A stretch of 64,000 nucleotides of DNA from Balanoglossus misakiensis (Eukaryota; Animalia; Hemichordata). Positions within the stretch are counted from its first letter, which is position 1; each line of letters begins with the position of its first letter. Below the pieces are notes generated by a model that made no database searches, was not told where the DNA came from, and was given only the letters and a program-made list of their open reading frames with translations. The stretch spans positions 6,685,625 to 6,749,624 of the forward strand of contig CM082579.2 in the NCBI GenBank assembly GCA_040954595.2, read 5' to 3'. Both the position numbers and the translations under genes were made by a program. Below, one piece after another: positions 39,815 to 54,376 of this stretch.

Positions 39815-40815
39815 CCATTTTGCAATAATTTTCCTGTTTGACTCACTCGAAATGCCGACCTTGATGACGAAGAAGCTGCCCCCAACAGACTCAGCAAGAG
39901 ATGTGAGTACTGCATCAACAACAGATCTGAATCCTTTCAAAATGCAGGCGAAATGCCAAGTTAATCGCTCCCTTCATTTTACTCTAAAAGAACAACAGAT
40001 GAGGCAAAACCATAATATTATGAATAAAATCAACATCTTTATTGAAACACATTCACTTTTGTAGAAATATAGATATAGGTCATTTGCTTGCTTGCTTACT
40101 TGCTTGCTGCAATATCAGCTAATTTTCAAAGGTGACCGTGTACCTTTTAAAGTAAACAGTTCAGCACAGATTTTCGACGGTAACAATCGTAGAGCAAACT
40201 CGTTAAATTGCATGTTCACATACATATTGCTGATTACATCTCTTGCAACTCGAAATGATTTATATCAGAACATCGTGATTATTAAGAAAAGTTATAACAT
40301 TAAATAAAGCGTTAGATTTTGTAAGCCAATCGCGTTCTACTGTCGAAAGATCCGCCATCTATAATATTCTCGAACACTGGCAAAAGTATAACAACTACAA
40401 AAGCGGAACTTGAAAACAAATTCAATGTTCACATATTCACACAGATAGCTGATTTCGCCGTCTCTGGCAACTGGAAAGTCTTGGTAAAGTAAGTGTTAAA
40501 TTTCTGTAAAACATTTGATACATCATATTACCGTGAAAGCTCTAACCTGGATTTCCTTTCTGTACTATGTCATCACTTCTTAAAACAGCAGCGTGGTACA
40601 AATACTATGTTAAGGCATTTTTTTTCAGAATTGCCACAGGGATGGGGCTGGACAGGGTCACGTGAAAGTGAAAGGATACCATTCAAGCTCGTGAATATTT
40701 TGTGTCCGACTAAAAGAAGAAATTCGTGATTCAGTTTGCCGTGTGCGCATAAAGTCAGAAAACGTTTCATTGTCACATATATTCGGCAGAAGTCAACATA
40801 CAACAGTTTACACGT

Positions 40816-41397
40816 TCATCCCTGGTGGACATTCAAGCTAAACCGTCTTCGGATTGGCGGTTTTGTCTTCACCGTGTCTTCGGCGGTGCTCAGTTTGAGC
40901 TTGGTGACGTCATCGTCGCCGCTGGCTTCATCTTCTAAAATTTGTTCGAGGTTTGAGAGTTTCGTGGTGTTGGCGCGGCGACGGATGGACACAGGCGTCG
41001 TCTGGAGCGCGGCCATCCAGTCGTCTCGCTCGGCTTGGGTCTGGGCCGTCAAGGTCAGCCAGTTGCCGTCGCCGCTCTTGGAGCTCACCATGAAACTACA
41101 GTCTCCTCCGCTGTGGTCGTCTGTCTTCACCAACCTACACTTGCGCAGTTTCAGGTAGCCGCAGTAGTTGCAGAACTTCTTCTCCTGGTAGAAGACGGCG
41201 AACGGCTCCAGCCCGTTGCCGTAGACGACGACGCGGAGCCGCCGCTGACAGCGGGTCCTCGCCTGCCCGTTAACGGACACTAACAGGTCCCCGCTCTTGG
41301 TCTCTCTGCCTGGCGTCTGAATGCTGAGTTCTCGGTCGGTGCACTGGGGCGCGTTCTCTTTATCGAAGAAGCTGACGAAGCAGGCAGAAGATTCCAT
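40816..41397 (-). CDS. Intronless PH-domain-containing protein, paralog 2 (193 aa from first ATG)
   Basis: First ATG at 41397 (MESSACFVSFFDKENAP); the ORF track extension to 41532 uses a non-ATG start. PH helix LTLTAQTQAERDDWMAAL. Shares FYQEKKFCNxCGxLKLR with paralog 1. Confidence 0.85.
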   Translation of the reverse strand: MESSACFVSFFDKENAPQCTDRELSIQTPGRETKSGDLLVSVNGQARTRCQRRLRVVVYGNGLEPFAVFYQEKKFCNYCGYLKLRKCRLVKTDDHSGGDCSFMVSSKSGDGNWLTLTAQTQAERDDWMAALQTTPVSIRRRANTTKLSNLEQILEDEASGDDDVTKLKLSTAEDTVKTKPPIRRRFSLNVHQG

Positions 41398-41611
41398 CGT
41401 GGAGCTTGTAAATGAGGGTGGCTGCGATGAAGTAGTAACCAGGGCTTCTAAAATTGTCCTCCGTGTTCGACTGGACCTGCACAAGTGAGTGGATGGTATC
41501 GCCAACTGGTCTTGATAGCAGTTGTTTGCCAAAAAGGAGAGTGCCTACTTGCCGGTCACGAATGCGGGTCTCGATCGTCGGATTTCTGAAGGAACTGCAG
41601 CAGCACAAGCG

Positions 41612-41620
41612 CCTTTTATA
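41612..41620 (-). promoter_or_regulatory. TATA box of PH paralog 2
   Basis: TATAAAAGG on minus strand ~220 bp upstream of the ATG, mirroring the AATAAAAGG position in paralog 1. Confidence 0.55.
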
Positions 41621-42405
41621 GCTGGGGACCCTGCATGTCATAATCCCACGTAGCACGCTATTGCTTGAACTATCCGGATGGGGGCGCTTCGAGCTTTAAG
41701 GGCGTACCCATAAATCCCTCCCCGAGATGATTCAAGACCTGAGCTTAATAAAGGGAAGGGGTCGTGGCGCCGCATGGGTGTCCCCCTTGATGAGAATATG
41801 TCCTCCCATACCAGCGCCATCCCCACGACCTACTAGGATCTTCAGTTGCTGTCATGCCCAGTCTACGCTACGGTTCTAAGAATAATCTAATTTCAGGGAT
41901 TTGTGGATGAATTGTAATGTTTATAAACAAACAACGCGACGACCCCTTCACTTTAATCGTATGTAAGAACTAGCCTTTATTGTTTCAAGAAACAATGTAT
42001 GATGGCAGTGTAATCGTCCGATGATTTGAACGATTTGGAGTCGCCTTTTTACACTCACCCTGTTACATCAATTTACAGGGCAAGGGTTAGAGTCATCTTC
42101 AACAAGATTCTAAACACAGACAATATTTTTGTATTTCGAAAGGTTTGTCAGACCTCTGTTTAATCGAGAGGAAACAGCTGACGCGAATCAATCACATGAG
42201 AGATGATATTTTACATTGTCGCTTCTCCCTATTCTCAAATTTCTTTTCCCGCCTAAAGCAACATCCGGGCAGCGTGAAGAACGCGACTGATGTATTTAAA
42301 AATTAATGATTCTTCTTGGCCCAGAAAAAGTTGACCCTTTGTTTGTATCTGAGTTCGACATTAAAGCCACAGTAACACTAACATTTGCCTATTGTTTCAG
42401 AATTT

Positions 42406-42712
42406 CAAGCAAGCAAACAAACAAACAAACAAACAAACAAACAAGCAAGCAAACAAACAAACCTACCTACATACCTACATACATACATACATACATACAT
42501 ACATACATACATACATACATACATACATACATACATACATACATACATACATACATACATACATACATACATACATACATACATACATACATACATACAT
42601 ACATACATACATACATACATACATACATACATACATACATACATACATACATACATACATACATACATACATACATACATACATACATACATACATACAT
42701 ACATACATACAT
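42406..42712. repeat. Compound (AAAC/AAGC)n plus long (ACAT)n microsatellite
   Basis: About 240 bp of pure ACAT units preceded by AAAC units. Explains the HTYI/MYVC pseudo-ORFs. Confidence 0.97.
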
Positions 42713-44436
42713 CAAAATAAACCAAACAAAAAGTACTGAATCACAGCGTCAAGAACGTTCTATATTTAGATCACCATTGACAAACACGCAATTTATACAC
42801 GGATTGGACGAGAAGATTCTATTTATGTCTTTCGGAACCGTAACATTATTCGCGAGCGTAGTTCACGTTACAAAACAAACATCTCCATAAGCACTGCCGC
42901 ATGTTCTTTAATTTAAACACGACACTAATCAAAATTCTCTTCATTTGATCATTTTCAGCTTTAGCATATCATGTACATGATTGTTTGTCCCGTTCACGTC
43001 GACATCTGTGGGTGACGCGAATGATGGGCAGGTTCAACATTAATGGGGCCGATAGACGGCGCCGACATGCTTGTCTAAGCCGTCAAACCATTTGTCCGCG
43101 GGGGGCATAGAGCTCGGATTTACACTGCGCCACCTGGGTAAGCCTACTTCCTAGAAGAGGTCAACAAAACAGCAATCACACGTGATTGGCGCACACGTTG
43201 TGCATTGGTTAAGACGGCAGAGCGGTGGAGATCTTTTCCTGTCTCACTGGTGACAAAGTTTAACTTAAAATTCAGCTTTATATTTCAATTCTATATCTGT
43301 CTTTTCCGTGAGCAAAAAAGTAGGTTACGGTCGGTTACGTTAACCCACAACGCCCGAATTTTTTCAACGGGTCATCATGTCAACGCTGTCATTGTACATT
43401 CCCACCATCATGAGTGTTGGTGAATGTTTCTGTTTCGATATAAGACAGTAAGTTTGCATATACGCCAAAATAATACAGATACGACTATAACGCATGAAAT
43501 ATCCCATACTTCATCTAATAACACACTATTATAAGAATCATGATGTTCAACACGTTAATTCTTCCTACGATTATATTGGTACTCTACATAATAAAAATTG
43601 CAAATATCACATTTTTTATATATCCAGTGTATCATACATGTACCGATTCGAAGCTGCAGCAAAATATAATAATTGCAATCATACCCATCCATATCCCAGA
43701 AAATCCTAAAGTCAAATGTCGAATTACACAACCACTTGTAAAGACTAAAATCAAAACATCACGGCGTAGACAACCAACAAAGTACACAGAACGAAGTCAA
43801 ATCTGTGGAAGTCAGTTATTTAATGTTTCCAGTCTCAAATTTCTGGTCATATAAGAAATAGAATATCACACACCGGGGACCTGGCATAAGATTTCTCACG
43901 CTTGTAGGGAAATTTTTAATTGTGTATTTTTTCTCTTTTGCTCGCTCTCTGACTGGGCAAAAACAACGAACGTTAGGGATTTTTTGTCTCAAACTCACCC
44001 GCAACCTTTATGAGATAAATCCGATCCCAGGTCAACGTCCTTAGGGTGTGAAATTTTATTAAGCTTCTTAACCCTGAAAGTTAGCGATGTTATCACGCCC
44101 CCTCTTTATGCGAAGACGACGCAGAGCCCACAAGTTTCTCCGTGCGGAAATCAAAGAGCTCGTCCAGATCATATTTTGCATTTGTCCTCCTCTCCTGGAC
44201 CGGGGGCGCGCTCTATATGCGGATTGGGGTCCTTCGGTGTCTCAGAGCGTCCACACTTGTGACTGGTGGTTCTTCCCCTGGGAGTATATTGACATTAAAG
44301 GCCCTTCACAACAGTGGGCCAAATCTGTTGTTTCCAATAAACAGTTACTCTACCAGGAAGCGGGATTACAGATCTAGATGCCGCGTGAAACCCGAGCACT
44401 GTGTCCCATGGCGTCTACGCGAGGTGTGACGGCTTA

Positions 44437-47011
44437 AGGCCGAGTTACACGAGGCAACTCGGTAGGCAACTCGGTGGGCAACTCGACGCGCAACGCCAGT
44501 CGCGACGCTACATCGAACAGTTACACGGGGCGACTCGACTGGCAACTAGCTGCGCGTAAACAGTGGCTGCGCATGTGCAGCCGCCTCAGTAGCCGATCGG
44601 CATAAATATTTGGTGGTTATTCTGGCAACAGCATGCATATATTATTCTTGTCATTTAGCTGATCAACGTGGTCATCTGACCGAGTATTTTTTCTTGAAAA
44701 AACAACAAAAAAAGTTTGCGAATTTCAACTGCATACAATACGTATACTTTCTCCACCATGTATTACTATTGACATAATAAACTAACTACAATGTAGTATC
44801 GCACTTCAACAGTATCCTCATCAATAAAAACATTTTTTGTTCTCAGTTAGCAGGTGATATGCAAGTCTATATCAGTATTAAAAGAAAAATAACTAGCTTG
44901 GGTGCTTAATTTAATTGATGAATACGGATTTTTTAAGCGTGATACCAAATTAGACAAAATTTAAACGTTACTTAATATTTTTTAATAGAACAGGAGTAAC
45001 TTAAGTTTAATTTAATTTTATATAAAATGTACTTGAAACCAGGTATTATTTTTTTTATAAAAGATCAACCGGCGAGTTTAAATCCTTGTAAGACAGGGGA
45101 GTAGATTATCGGGAAATTGAAGAAAGTTGCGCAATTTAACATTAAGATTACTGAATTATCAAACTGCACATCATATAAATGTGTAAAAAAATGCGGAGCC
45201 AAAAGTCGTGCCAATCTGTAAAAACGTTATACAGCCGAAATTATGAAAGGTCGCCGATTCAATATGTGATCTAGACGTCCTGTGTGCACTGAACACACGA
45301 TGTGTTTATCTAACACAAACAACAGAACCTCTCATAAAAGAGATGCGGTATCATTAGACTAATTACAGATGGTAGTCTGGAAACACGCTCCCCCTCAGAG
45401 AGAGTTGTTTACTTGGGTACACTCTCAACATAAAGCGTATACACTTTGAGATTAAACTTTGACATCGTACCCAAGTAAACAACTCTCTCTGAGGGGGAGC
45501 GTGTTTCCAGACTACCATCTGTAATTAGTCTAATGATACCGCATCTCTTTTATGAGAGGTTCTGTTGTTTGTGTTAGATAAACACATCGTGTGTTCAGTG
45601 CACACAGGACGTCTAGATCACATATTGAATCGGCGACCTTTCATAATTTCGGCTGTAGATAATATACAAAATTCGTGTTTCGAAATACAGTGAATGTAAT
45701 AACAAAGCAAGTGAGACTTTTCATTGTAGAATAACGAAGTATATTTTTAAGAAGAAATATATTGATTGAAAGATTTGTTTGTATGTAAAATTATACAAAT
45801 AAAACTATATTTGTATTTATAAGTTGATATGACCGGGCGAAATAGACACGTGTTTTGCCCAAAAAGATATATGATGTACACTGGCTGTGTAAGAACTCTT
45901 GAACTGTGGGCGATAATCATAAGCTGGCGTTTTCTTATTCTGAAATTCGGTTACGATATTTGGTTGCGGTACCCCAAAAATAGGAAATGCAATTGTTACG
46001 ATCTGTATAAAGGTCAAATACGATTTCAAGGGTTAATTAAGCCAGAGCTCGGGAATGTCAATGTTTGATAGTATTTGATTTTATGTATTTGAAGTAGATA
46101 GGGAGAGCGGGTGTTTAACTGACTGCTCTGATTCTCAATCATCACCGAACTGACTTTGTTATATAACACTTTATGTAAATTGGTACGTATAGAGTTGACT
46201 GATGTCCAATGAAATTGTAACACATTGTATTTGTGATATTTTACATTATTAACCACGCCTTGAGAAAAGTAATTATAAGAGAACTTTGTTTCCAAAGTTA
46301 GGAAGAATAATCTAACGGGAGATGGGAGTACCTCAGGCTACTGAGTTCGTTCCCTTCCTCATGTACTTTACTGGGCGTATTTGATGTACTGGAGTAGTTC
46401 TGGACAATAAATGAACGTGAATCAGATACGTGTCTCCGTGGATCACTGTTCTCGTCAGAGCCCGATACCTCATCGCTACAGATTCCCCGATGCGTGAACA
46501 ATCATGAGAAACCAGCCATAATACAATCAATGTCGAGTCAATCATCATAACCATTTTCGCAAAACTGAATAGTAGTTTATTTTCATATCATTACTGGCAA
46601 GATAATTAGTTGAAAGTTTCTTTAACAAAACGTGAGTTTATATGGAAATATTGAACTATAAATACATACAAATATCCGATTTCATAGCAAATACTTATTC
46701 CCCAATATTTTCGGAAGTGTACAGGTCTACAGTCTGTAGTTTCTGGTTCGTAAAATAACAAATTAACACCAATTTTGCATGTGCAGATGTCAAAATTTAT
46801 TCGAGGCAAAGTGGTAACGCGGGGCAACAGCTTGCGCGTCAGGCAACTCGTCGCCCGAAAATCCGACATGACGGATTTTGAGGCGACGTCGCCAGACGCG
46901 TTCCATTGAGGCGACTACATCATACACACGAGGCAACTCGGTAGGCAACTCGGGTTGCGCGTCGAGTTGCCTACCGAGTTGCCTGCCGAGTTGCCTCGTG
47001 TAACTCGGCCT
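44437..47011. mobile_element. Non-autonomous PIF/Harbinger-type DNA transposon (2575 bp)
   Basis: ~58-bp TIRs AGGCCGAGTTACACGAGGCAACTCGG(T/C)AGGCAACTCGGT(G/A)GGCAACTCGACGCGCAAC at both ends. TTA target duplication at 44434-44436 and 47012-47014. Repeated GGCAACTCG motifs, AT-rich interior and no recognisable transposase ORF. Confidence 0.88.
45232..45655. mobile_element. Tc1/mariner-type foldback MITE nested in the Harbinger element
   Basis: Apparently perfect inverted arms 45232-45420 and 45467-45655 (189 bp) with a 46-bp spacer. Termini CAGCCG...CGGCTG, flanked by TA on both sides (45230-45231, 45656-45657). Confidence 0.85.
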
Positions 47012-47973
47012 TTAGACGAGGAACTCGGCGCCATCTGATCTGCCCCATTCTTGTTGAACCCGCTCGACGTTTGCATCATCGATGCACGTAAACCGATACG
47101 GGGTAAAAGAATCGTGTATGCACACTTCATATATGCTATACGGAAAAAGGGAGATTTTAAGAAGATTTACCTCGGTCGTTTGTCGCTGAAAACAGGCGAA
47201 TGACCAGGCATGAACCGAATGTGCTTCCGTGTTTAAAAAATATTGAAAATATGCATTTTCATGAAACTGCACGATTTCTTGTATAAATGCACTTACACTG
47301 ATGTGAGGCCATTGCCTTATCTGTAGCAAGATACATAATTCCGGGGAAATATTTCGGAACCATATTCGTCACGCGGTCTTTGTTAGAAATTTCAGAAATT
47401 ATAAATATGTCTTGAACTACAAAAGCTAATCAAATATGCAAATTTGTAATTAATTGACAAGAAGCTTTAAGTGTCTCTCAATGCCATGTTGTGTGAGATC
47501 AGCTGACAAGTTAAATAATCAAGTTATGGTTAAGTAATTCTGTATTTATAGCACCAATTGCAAATATTCATAAAAGACACACGCACAATAACGTTCTCCA
47601 CTCTCAGGAATAGAATACCTGTCATCCGACCCACGTCTATATTAGTCCGACTTGTCACCAAACAAGCTAACAATAGAAAGTGTTTTAAAATTAACTCTAA
47701 GCCGCTCTACCCACTGTTTACAGACATTCGCCCGAACCCGCACGTAATAAAGGCCAAAAGAAAAAAAAGTGTCGTTCCACGGAAACGCCGAATTTTACTT
47801 TTTCCCATTTGGATTTTTTAATATAAATTTCGATTTAAAGACAGACATGCCGACAAACAGACATATAGTCGAACGAACCAACCAATCAATCTAATATGAT
47901 TTACATGTTTTGGTAATTCCAATTATCATATTTGTGAATATAGACATGTCACAGAAGGACGCGCTTGTAAGTG

Positions 47974-48055
47974 GACGAGGTGGCCGAGTGGTTAAGGCGA
48001 TGGACTGCTAATCCATTGTGCTCTGCACGCGTGGGTTCGAATCCCATCCTCGTCG
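47974..48055 (+). tRNA. tRNA-Ser(GCT), copy 2
   Basis: Identical to copy 1 and followed by CCA. First T4 run at 48128-48131. Confidence 0.96.
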
Positions 48056-48363
48056 CCATTACCTCTCTCTGCAACATTCTGTACAACGAGAGTAGCAACG
48101 TCAAAAGGCGAAAGTTCGGTGTGGTTGTTTTATTGACTCGCTGTGAACCTTTTACAAGTCAACTTTCTAAATTTTACTGTTCAGTAACAACATTATTCAG
48201 TAACATTTTAAAAGAGTTGGAAGGGCTATTACCTATTGTTTATATTCCTGCATATACAGTAGCTCGTTTGTCGTCATTTCCGTGTCAAAGGTCACTGGGG
48301 TTGCTGTCCGTAGCAGAGAGAAATCGCGTGGCCTTGTCAGTTAAGCTGGATACGCCTGCCTAC

Positions 48364-49648
48364 ATGAGTTCTGTCAGATTAGAGAGAATAAGCGAACACC
48401 TCAAGGTATGAGTGTATTCCGTGTTAGCGAGATGAGGGCGTTGCAGGGTTGCCTAGATCGCTCCGCTCCGAGAAAAGCTCAGCAATGATGATCACTTCCG
48501 GGTTCTGAAAGTTCCTATCCCAGGCCACGCTGGCTCAAAAGTGTACGTGTGCTGGATAGTCGTATAGTCTACCACGTGCCCGGTCTTAGCCAATATAAGT
48601 ATGTTGAGAGTCCGACGATGGCTGTACTGCAGCTGCCATGCCTCTTACCTACGAGTTGTAGGCAGGCGACACAGCCCTGCATGACAACATGATAGACAAA
48701 ACTGGGGCGCCTGTCTGCGGTCCGGATCGGGACCGCAGCTTTTCCAGCCGAAATTGAGGTTTGGGAAGCTAAAGACTGAACATTTTGTAAAGCTATCCAG
48801 AGTAGAACAAGAAACTCGATTTGCATGGGAGAAACTGCTGAAAATAAACATAAACATCCGCATTACCTGGGACTTTAAGTTTAATATTTACCTGGCTATT
48901 TGATGATTTTGATCACAGGTTGAATACAGGTCACCCACAGTCCAGCCAAACGACATGGCAGGCGCGCAGAGCCCTCTAACAACCCATGTCCTGGACACTG
49001 CAACCGGTAATCCAGCAGCTAATCTCCAAATAAAACTGTTTCGCAGAAAGGGAGAGACAGAGTGGGATTTGATATCCTCGGGGTGAGTATACGTTGCAGC
49101 AAGTATCCCTAACGCTGCCAAGTTTTTTTTACCCTACGCGAAATTGACGTGGGTTTTCTGGGAATGTAATCGTATGGGAAGGGACAAATTCCAGACAATC
49201 GGAGTGTGTGTACATCATTAACAGTAATTTTTCTCCCTTGCCATTCATCAGGAGAACAAACCCCGATGGAAGGTGTCCGGGTCTGCTGACAAAAGAACAA
49301 TTTCCGGCTGGTGTCTACAAAATGTATTTTGACACGGAAGCGTACCACCAGTCACTGCAAGTGCAGGGCTTTTATCCGTATGTAGAGGTGCGTTGATGGT
49401 TGACCATTGTCAATTGCGCCTGGTGTTGGATTTAAAAATTCCCTCTGAATGCCCTATAATTGTACATAAAAATACCCGGATGTATGGTCTGTAAGTGCCA
49501 TGAAGCCAGTCAATGGCAATGTTCTCAAGGTTGTATTTCTTTCGTTTTCACTCCACAGATAGTTTTCCAGATCCGTGATCCCAGTCAGCATTACCACGTG
49601 CCTTTGCTGTTGAGTCCGTTTGGATATTCTACTTACAGAGGGAGTTAA
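48364..49648 (+). CDS. URAH: 5-hydroxyisourate hydrolase (transthyretin-related protein), ~143 aa, 4 exons
   Basis: Exons 48364-48405, 48919-49082, 49252-49387, 49559-49648 (432 nt). PTS2 [33 protein letters not shown] and [19 protein letters not shown]. The C-terminal YRGS is diagnostic of HIUase rather than transthyretin. Confidence 0.95.
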
Positions 49649-50360
49649 TGCCACTACAGACATAACACAGGTTAACACAACTCCAATTGGGATATATAGT
49701 AATCATGACTGATTCGGACAATTTGCCAGTCAGTCATTGAAAAGGACATTGTATATGTGGTTTATTTCTTTCCACTGATCGACATTTTTTTAAATATTGA
49801 GCAAATGAAACATGTTTTAACCGAGTGTGAGCTCAGTCACTAATGAAACTATAACATAGATTCAACATAGATTCTATGATGCGTACCTTTGAAAAGGACA
49901 TAATGCGGTGTACTATTGCCTTGTATTGAAATGTATGTTTCTGAACGAGGAAAGGTGAAGTGATGTGCATAAATTACATGCAATTAAATGATAGTGTTTT
50001 TCCATGCAATTGATGTGTTTGAGAAGACTTTTTTGAGTCCAGAAAGCTCCGCTGTGATGTGGATGTTTAAATATAAAATCATGTCAAAATGCAAAAGGTT
50101 CTGTACCCTGGGGCTTTAACATGTACATTTTTATAACAAGTTGGGGCTTAAAGCACTTTGATTGGTCGAACCATGGAAAAAAGAAAAATTTCCTAGTTAA
50201 ACGATCAAACCATTTGCGGGGGAAAATGGATCTCGCATAACATCCATTCTTTGGATACAAAAGTTAATGTTCTTTATGCAACTGGTCCAAGGCAGCTTGG
50301 TTATCGTTAAATTTCAGTATCAAGCGAGGACGTACTTCGGACGAACAAAATTATTCGTGG

Positions 50361-50442
50361 CGACGAGGATGGGATTCGAACCCACGCGTGCAGAGCACAA
50401 TGGATTAGCAGTCCATCGCCTTAACCACTCGGCCACCTCGTC
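50361..50442 (-). tRNA. tRNA-Ser(GCT), copy 3
   Basis: Exact reverse complement of copies 1 and 2. Followed on the minus strand by CCA (50360-50358) and a TTTT terminator about 7 nt later. Confidence 0.97.
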
Positions 50443-51807
50443 GTTATGAAGACCGTCCCACTGTTAGGTTTTGGACCTGCACGCTTGTCAAAAGTCGTAC
50501 GGTATGTATCAGTGAGGACGGTGTGGTAACCCCCGCGAGCTACATGTATATACATTTTCAACATCCGGGATTTTCATAATACTGAATACACCCAATGCGA
50601 ATCCCGCAAAGTTTCATGGGAAATCGTGGAATCGGGGTGCGGAAAATGACCAGACGACGCAATACTTTAACATGGAAGAGGCCGATTTTTGCGTGCAAAC
50701 CGTCATAATACGAAGGGGCATATGATTTTTTTTAAATAAAACGACACCAAGTATTCGTTGATACTCTCACTAGTAAGTACCCCCATGTATGCCGCAAAAT
50801 ATCGACGATAATTGGAAGATATTTTAAGGTAACCAAAAACGCAAACCGTCCTAATTTATGGAGTTTTGAATGAAAGAAACACTGAGACAAATTTATTTGA
50901 CAGTTGTGAAGAAGATTTTTTGTGCTTATTCCCATTACATGTCACAAATATGTTGATTTTGTGGTAAAATGGGAGTACAGAGGGCTCGTTACAACATAAA
51001 ATTTCCTGTCAATCATGCCAGCATGCGGCAAATGTTAATAGGGTGTAGTGCGTACGTCAAGATCGACCACTTCCGCTTGAAAATAAAGTGAAAGTCTTCA
51101 AACAACGTTCTGACCTAAATTGAAAGTTTCTCCTTGGTTTCCTTTGTCTCTGTGTTTATTAAAGAGATAAGTACTAGTACCTTTGGGAACAGTTCAGTGT
51201 TTATTTGGACTGCTGTAGCATTATATTAAACACAATGGATGCTTTGTGTGGACTGTGACCGTGATGACCCACTCCAGTGATCGGACTACTACTACTAGTA
51301 TACCGCCACCACAGAGACTGGGGACCTGTCAGTTTGTGGCGGTGGTGTTGCTACTGTCGAGGTCCCGCTTGCCTTACCAGTGCCACCCGGAGTATCCATC
51401 AGGGAACTGGGAGGCCCGTCGCCGAAGATTCTCCGGGACAGGGAGTCGGTCGATGCTTACGTTACTTTTAGGCCGAGGAAACCGCCATGCCAATGCGTTA
51501 AACGTGAAGGTGCCAGACAGTGGGAAGATATCCACGACCTTAGAGGTAATATACCACTGGCGTGCACGAGCATATACACCCTGGGGCGTTTGCTCTTGCT
51601 GGCTGGCAGTCTTGGCTGGAAACCTATCCTTGGTGTTTGAGACGTTTCTCATAGTACACGATAAAGTGATTCTTATATATTCTTACATGTTTAGGCCTAA
51701 ATGCCAGAACGACACTGTCGTTCGGTTTCTGACTGTCCGGCTACGGATACCACCGTGTATCTTGTTACTTTTGTACGCAGAGGCCCGAATACATTGCCGT
51801 ACACAAA

Positions 51808-53995
<2,188 letters not shown>

Positions 53996-54376
53996 ACGTA
54001 ATGTCTTACTAGTCGGCTAGTTCTGGTGTGCAGTGATGTGGGCGCTGTGTCAGCCCCAATTGTGGACGGAGAAAGCAGCTGTATCTATTGAAGTCTAGGA
54101 AGACATTGCCCAGTCCGCGTGGAACATGATATATATATAATATATAATAATACATGTATACATGTATATCTCTTATTTAGTGGGACTTGCAGTACTTAAT
54201 ATCATTTGTGATATGAATTGGTTTATATACAGTTCCGATGATTGCTGCCTTTTTAACCTAAAGAATGGTGTACATGTAATTCGAATCTGCAATAAGATTT
54301 ACGGTCAATATATTTGTATACAAATATATGGAAGGTACACATACATGTAAACTCGATTGTAAAAATACGGCATCGC

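Noticed and set aside
39582-40064. ORFs overlapping tRNA genes (also 47971-48411 and 50267-50449)
   Set aside because: Translations of tRNA-Ser sequence. Only the last 14 codons before the donor at 48406 are real (HIUase exon 1).
42306-42890. HTYI/MYVC repeat ORFs
   Set aside because: Translations of the (ACAT)n microsatellite.
44437-44560. Regularly spaced GGCAACTCG units resembling a CRISPR-like array
   Set aside because: Units are 12 bp apart with no unique spacers and form part of a transposon TIR. The context is eukaryotic and there are no cas genes.
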